Origin: Bacteroidaceae bacterium
GTDB lineage: Bacteria; Bacteroidota; Bacteroidia; Bacteroidales; Bacteroidaceae
DNA length: 64,000 nt
Assembly (NCBI GenBank): GCA_017617315.1
Contig: JAFZWM010000054.1
Span: forward strand, 1 to 64,000
Direction: 5' to 3'
A program made the translations under genes and the position numbers. Shown here piece by piece: positions 61,655 through 64,000 of this stretch (within the stretch, counting starts at the first letter, position 1; every line of letters begins with the position of its first letter). Under the pieces are notes generated by a model. That model worked only from the letters and a program-made list of their open reading frames with translations. It did not search any database and was not told where the DNA came from.

Positions 61655-64000
61655 ATGAAAAGATTACTCTTACTAACTATTATCTTAATTCAGGTGTGGG
61701 GCGCTGCTTTTGCGGCCTCACACCTTTGCGTTTTAAGCACAACATGCGAACTTCAGAACCACTTCATAACCGTTACCGAGATGCCGCGCCTTGGCTGGCT
61801 GATGAAAGCCGACCGCAACGGAGAAAGGCAGACGGCATACGAAATTGAGGTTCGCAATGCCGCGGACAAGAAACCAGTCTATAAGACCGGAAAAATCAGT
61901 TCGGCAAACAGTCAGTTCATCAAGCTGAACACCGACAAGATATGCGCCGGAAACGCCTACGAATGGCGCGTGCGAGTGTACGATGCCGACAATCAGCCAT
62001 CGGCCTGGAGCAAGTTCCAGATGTTCTGCTTCGCCCCACCATTCACCAAGCAAGCCACATGGATCGCGGCAATGCGCAACGGCGATGCTCGTCTTCCCGA
62101 GGGCAGAACCTATCAGGGCGCAGTTCTGAAGAATGCCAAGGCCGAATGGGACAATAGCGACACGATGTCTGTCCGCAGCATCTGCCTGCGCAAAGAATTC
62201 AACGTAAACAGGAAGATTGCCAAGGCGATAGCGCATGTTAGCGGACTGGGGCAATACGTTATGAGCATAAACGGAAAGCCCGTCAGCAACGATGAGTTTG
62301 CGCCTCTGTGGAGCGACTATGACAAAACGGTTTATTACAACACATACGACGTAACGGCGCAGCTAAAGAGCGGCGCAAATGCCATAGGTGTGATGCTTGG
62401 CAACGGCTTCTACAACGTTCAGGGACGAGGCCGATACACAAAACTTCAGGTGGCTTTTGGCGTTCCTACGCTGTGGATGCAGCTCGACATCGTCTACACC
62501 GACGGAACGCATCAGACCGTAAAGACCGATGCAACGTGGAAATTCGCACCGAGTGCCGTAACCTTCAACAGCATCTACGGCGGCGAGAGCTACGATGCCC
62601 GACTTGAGCAGAAGGGCTGGGACTGCCCTAACTTCGACGCATCGGCATGGCGATATGCCGAACTGAACGAAGGACCGAAAGGCGAGCTCGTTCCACAGCA
62701 GGCAAAGCCTGTCAGAATAATGGAATACTTCTCGCCTATCTCATCTAAAAAGCTGAATCCTAGCGATTTTGCAGCCATCAGCAAGATTCAGAAGAGAACG
62801 CCCGACTCGAGCGCGGTTGTCCTCGACATGGGGCAGAATCTGGCAGGATTTCCGCAAATCACGGTCAGAGGCAAGCGCGGCCAGAAAATTTCGATGTGGG
62901 TTTCCGAAGCCCTCACTCCCGAGGGCGCGATAAACCAGCGTCAGACAGGCCGTCAGCACTTCTATGAGTACACTCTGAAGGGCGACGGACGCGAGACATG
63001 GCATCCGCATTTCTCTTACTACGGATTCAGATACATTCAGATTGAAGGCGCAGTTCTGAAGGGCGAGAAGAACGAAAGGCATCTGCCGATAATCGACGAT
63101 GTGAAATCGTGCTTCATCTACAACTCGGCCGACGAGATTTCGTCGTTCGCCTGCTCCGACACGCTCTTCAACAAGGTTCACCGCCTCATCGAGCGCGCCG
63201 TGCGAAGCAATATGCAGAGCGTGTTTACCGACTGTCCGCACCGCGAAAAACTGGGCTGGCTTGAGCAGAATCATCTGAACGGCCCGGGGCTCTACTACAA
63301 CTACGACCTCACGGCCTACATGGCTAAGGAGATGCGCGACATTGCCGATGCCCAGCAGCCCGACGGAATGGTGCCGACCATCGCACCGCTCTACACGATA
63401 TTCACAGGCAAGGGAATGGACGATTTTGCAAACTCGCCCGAATGGGGCAGCTCGCTGATAATCATACCGTTCCAGTATCGCGATGCCTACGGCGACGACT
63501 CGCTAATCCGAAGATACTATGGCAACATGGTTCGCTACATCGATTATCTATCGTCGAGAGCCGACGGCGGAATACTTTCGTTTGGCTTGGGCGACTGGTA
63601 CGACTACGGAGATTTCAAAGCCGGATTCTCGCACAACACGCCCGTTCCGCTCGTTGCCACGGCTCAGTACATCATGGATTTGCAGTACATGACTGAGGCG
63701 GCGCGAATCGTCGGCAATCCTTCTGACGAAAGCCGATTCAACCGACTTCTTATCGATGTAGTTAAGTCATTCAACACCAAGTTTTTCGATGCCGAAAAAG
63801 ACACCTACGGAACGGGAAGCCAGTGCAGCAATGCCCTTCCGCTGTTCCTCGGCATCTGTGGAGAGAACCGCGACAAGGCAATGGCTGCTCTCCTCGGAGA
63901 TATTGAGAAGCACGGCAACCGCCTAACCACAGGCGATGTGGGCAACCGCTATCTGTTCCAGACATTGGCGCGCAACGGCTACAACGACCTGATGTACAAG
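61655..64000 (+). CDS. alpha-L-rhamnosidase (GH78), 3'-truncated by the window end (absent from the ORF track)
   Basis: Stop-free frame of 782 codons from the ATG at 61655 to the window end. Signal peptide MKRLLLLTIILIQVWGAAFA. FTDCPHREKLGWLEQNH matches the GH78 catalytic-domain signature DCPxRE(R/K)LGW. Confidence 0.85.
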   Translation, partial: MKRLLLLTIILIQVWGAAFAASHLCVLSTTCELQNHFITVTEMPRLGWLMKADRNGERQTAYEIEVRNAADKKPVYKTGKISSANSQFIKLNTDKICAGNAYEWRVRVYDADNQPSAWSKFQMFCFAPPFTKQATWIAAMRNGDARLPEGRTYQGAVLKNAKAEWDNSDTMSVRSICLRKEFNVNRKIAKAIAHVSGLGQYVMSINGKPVSNDEFAPLWSDYDKTVYYNTYDVTAQLKSGANAIGVMLGNGFYNVQGRGRYTKLQVAFGVPTLWMQLDIVYTDGTHQTVKTDATWKFAPSAVTFNSIYGGESYDARLEQKGWDCPNFDASAWRYAELNEGPKGELVPQQAKPVRIMEYFSPISSKKLNPSDFAAISKIQKRTPDSSAVVLDMGQNLAGFPQITVRGKRGQKISMWVSEALTPEGAINQRQTGRQHFYEYTLKGDGRETWHPHFSYYGFRYIQIEGAVLKGEKNERHLPIIDDVKSCFIYNSADEISSFACSDTLFNKVHRLIERAVRSNMQSVFTDCPHREKLGWLEQNHLNGPGLYYNYDLTAYMAKEMRDIADAQQPDGMVPTIAPLYTIFTGKGMDDFANSPEWGSSLIIIPFQYRDAYGDDSLIRRYYGNMVRYIDYLSSRADGGILSFGLGDWYDYGDFKAGFSHNTPVPLVATAQYIMDLQYMTEAARIVGNPSDESRFNRLLIDVVKSFNTKFFDAEKDTYGTGSQCSNALPLFLGICGENRDKAMAALLGDIEKHGNRLTTGDVGNRYLFQTLARNGYNDLMYK

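Noticed and set aside
61733-63274. 173-aa and 177-aa minus-strand ORFs
   Set aside because: Antisense to the GH78 rhamnosidase gene, which runs stop-free to the window end but is absent from the track because it has no stop codon.

Overview
This is a 64-kb chromosomal segment from a Bacteroidota (Bacteroidales-type) genome. The assignment rests on Bacteroides-style -7 promoter boxes (TAnnTTTG) in front of many genes, a tRNA-Gln with a U1:A72 acceptor pair, and DUF349, DUF4290 and UpxY-like genes. Most of the window is densely packed housekeeping genes: lptF/G-like permease, ribBA, aspC, rplS, pepD, rsmA, corA, rsfS, ftsH, cdsA, flotillin plus NfeD, rseP, dxr, rimM, murA, tsaB, yicC, gmk, nadD, trxB, fabI and two tRNAs. 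Several AT-rich accessory patches interrupt this. (1) Downstream of cdsA, a 440-bp, about 95% identical direct repeat of the cdsA 3' end with its terminator brackets a 3.3-kb insert. The insert carries a 782-aa outer-membrane repeat protein and an iteron-like inverted repeat around a 112-nt AT-rich spacer. The repeat is followed by an operon of three unknown secreted proteins whose last 40 bp is also duplicated. The geometry fits Campbell-type insertion of a circularised homologous fragment from a diverged strain. (2) A streptopain (C10)-like peptidase homologue has its catalytic Cys replaced by Ser and sits next to a small lipoprotein that may be a staphostatin-like inhibitor. (3) An AbiH-family abortive-infection gene lies in an AT-rich patch between two paralogous small secreted LTXXQ-motif genes that share promoter and operator. 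(4) The 3' third of the window is a pectin/rhamnogalacturonan-type glycan degradation cluster (GH28 lies far upstream; GH94-like, PL1, GH43, a large two-domain GH and GH78). Its only SusC-like gene is truncated, there is no SusD, and a repeat-rich scar lies next to it. The six-frame track missed a 54-aa 2x[4Fe-4S] ferredoxin and the 3'-open GH78 gene. No CRISPR array, integrase or transposase was seen.
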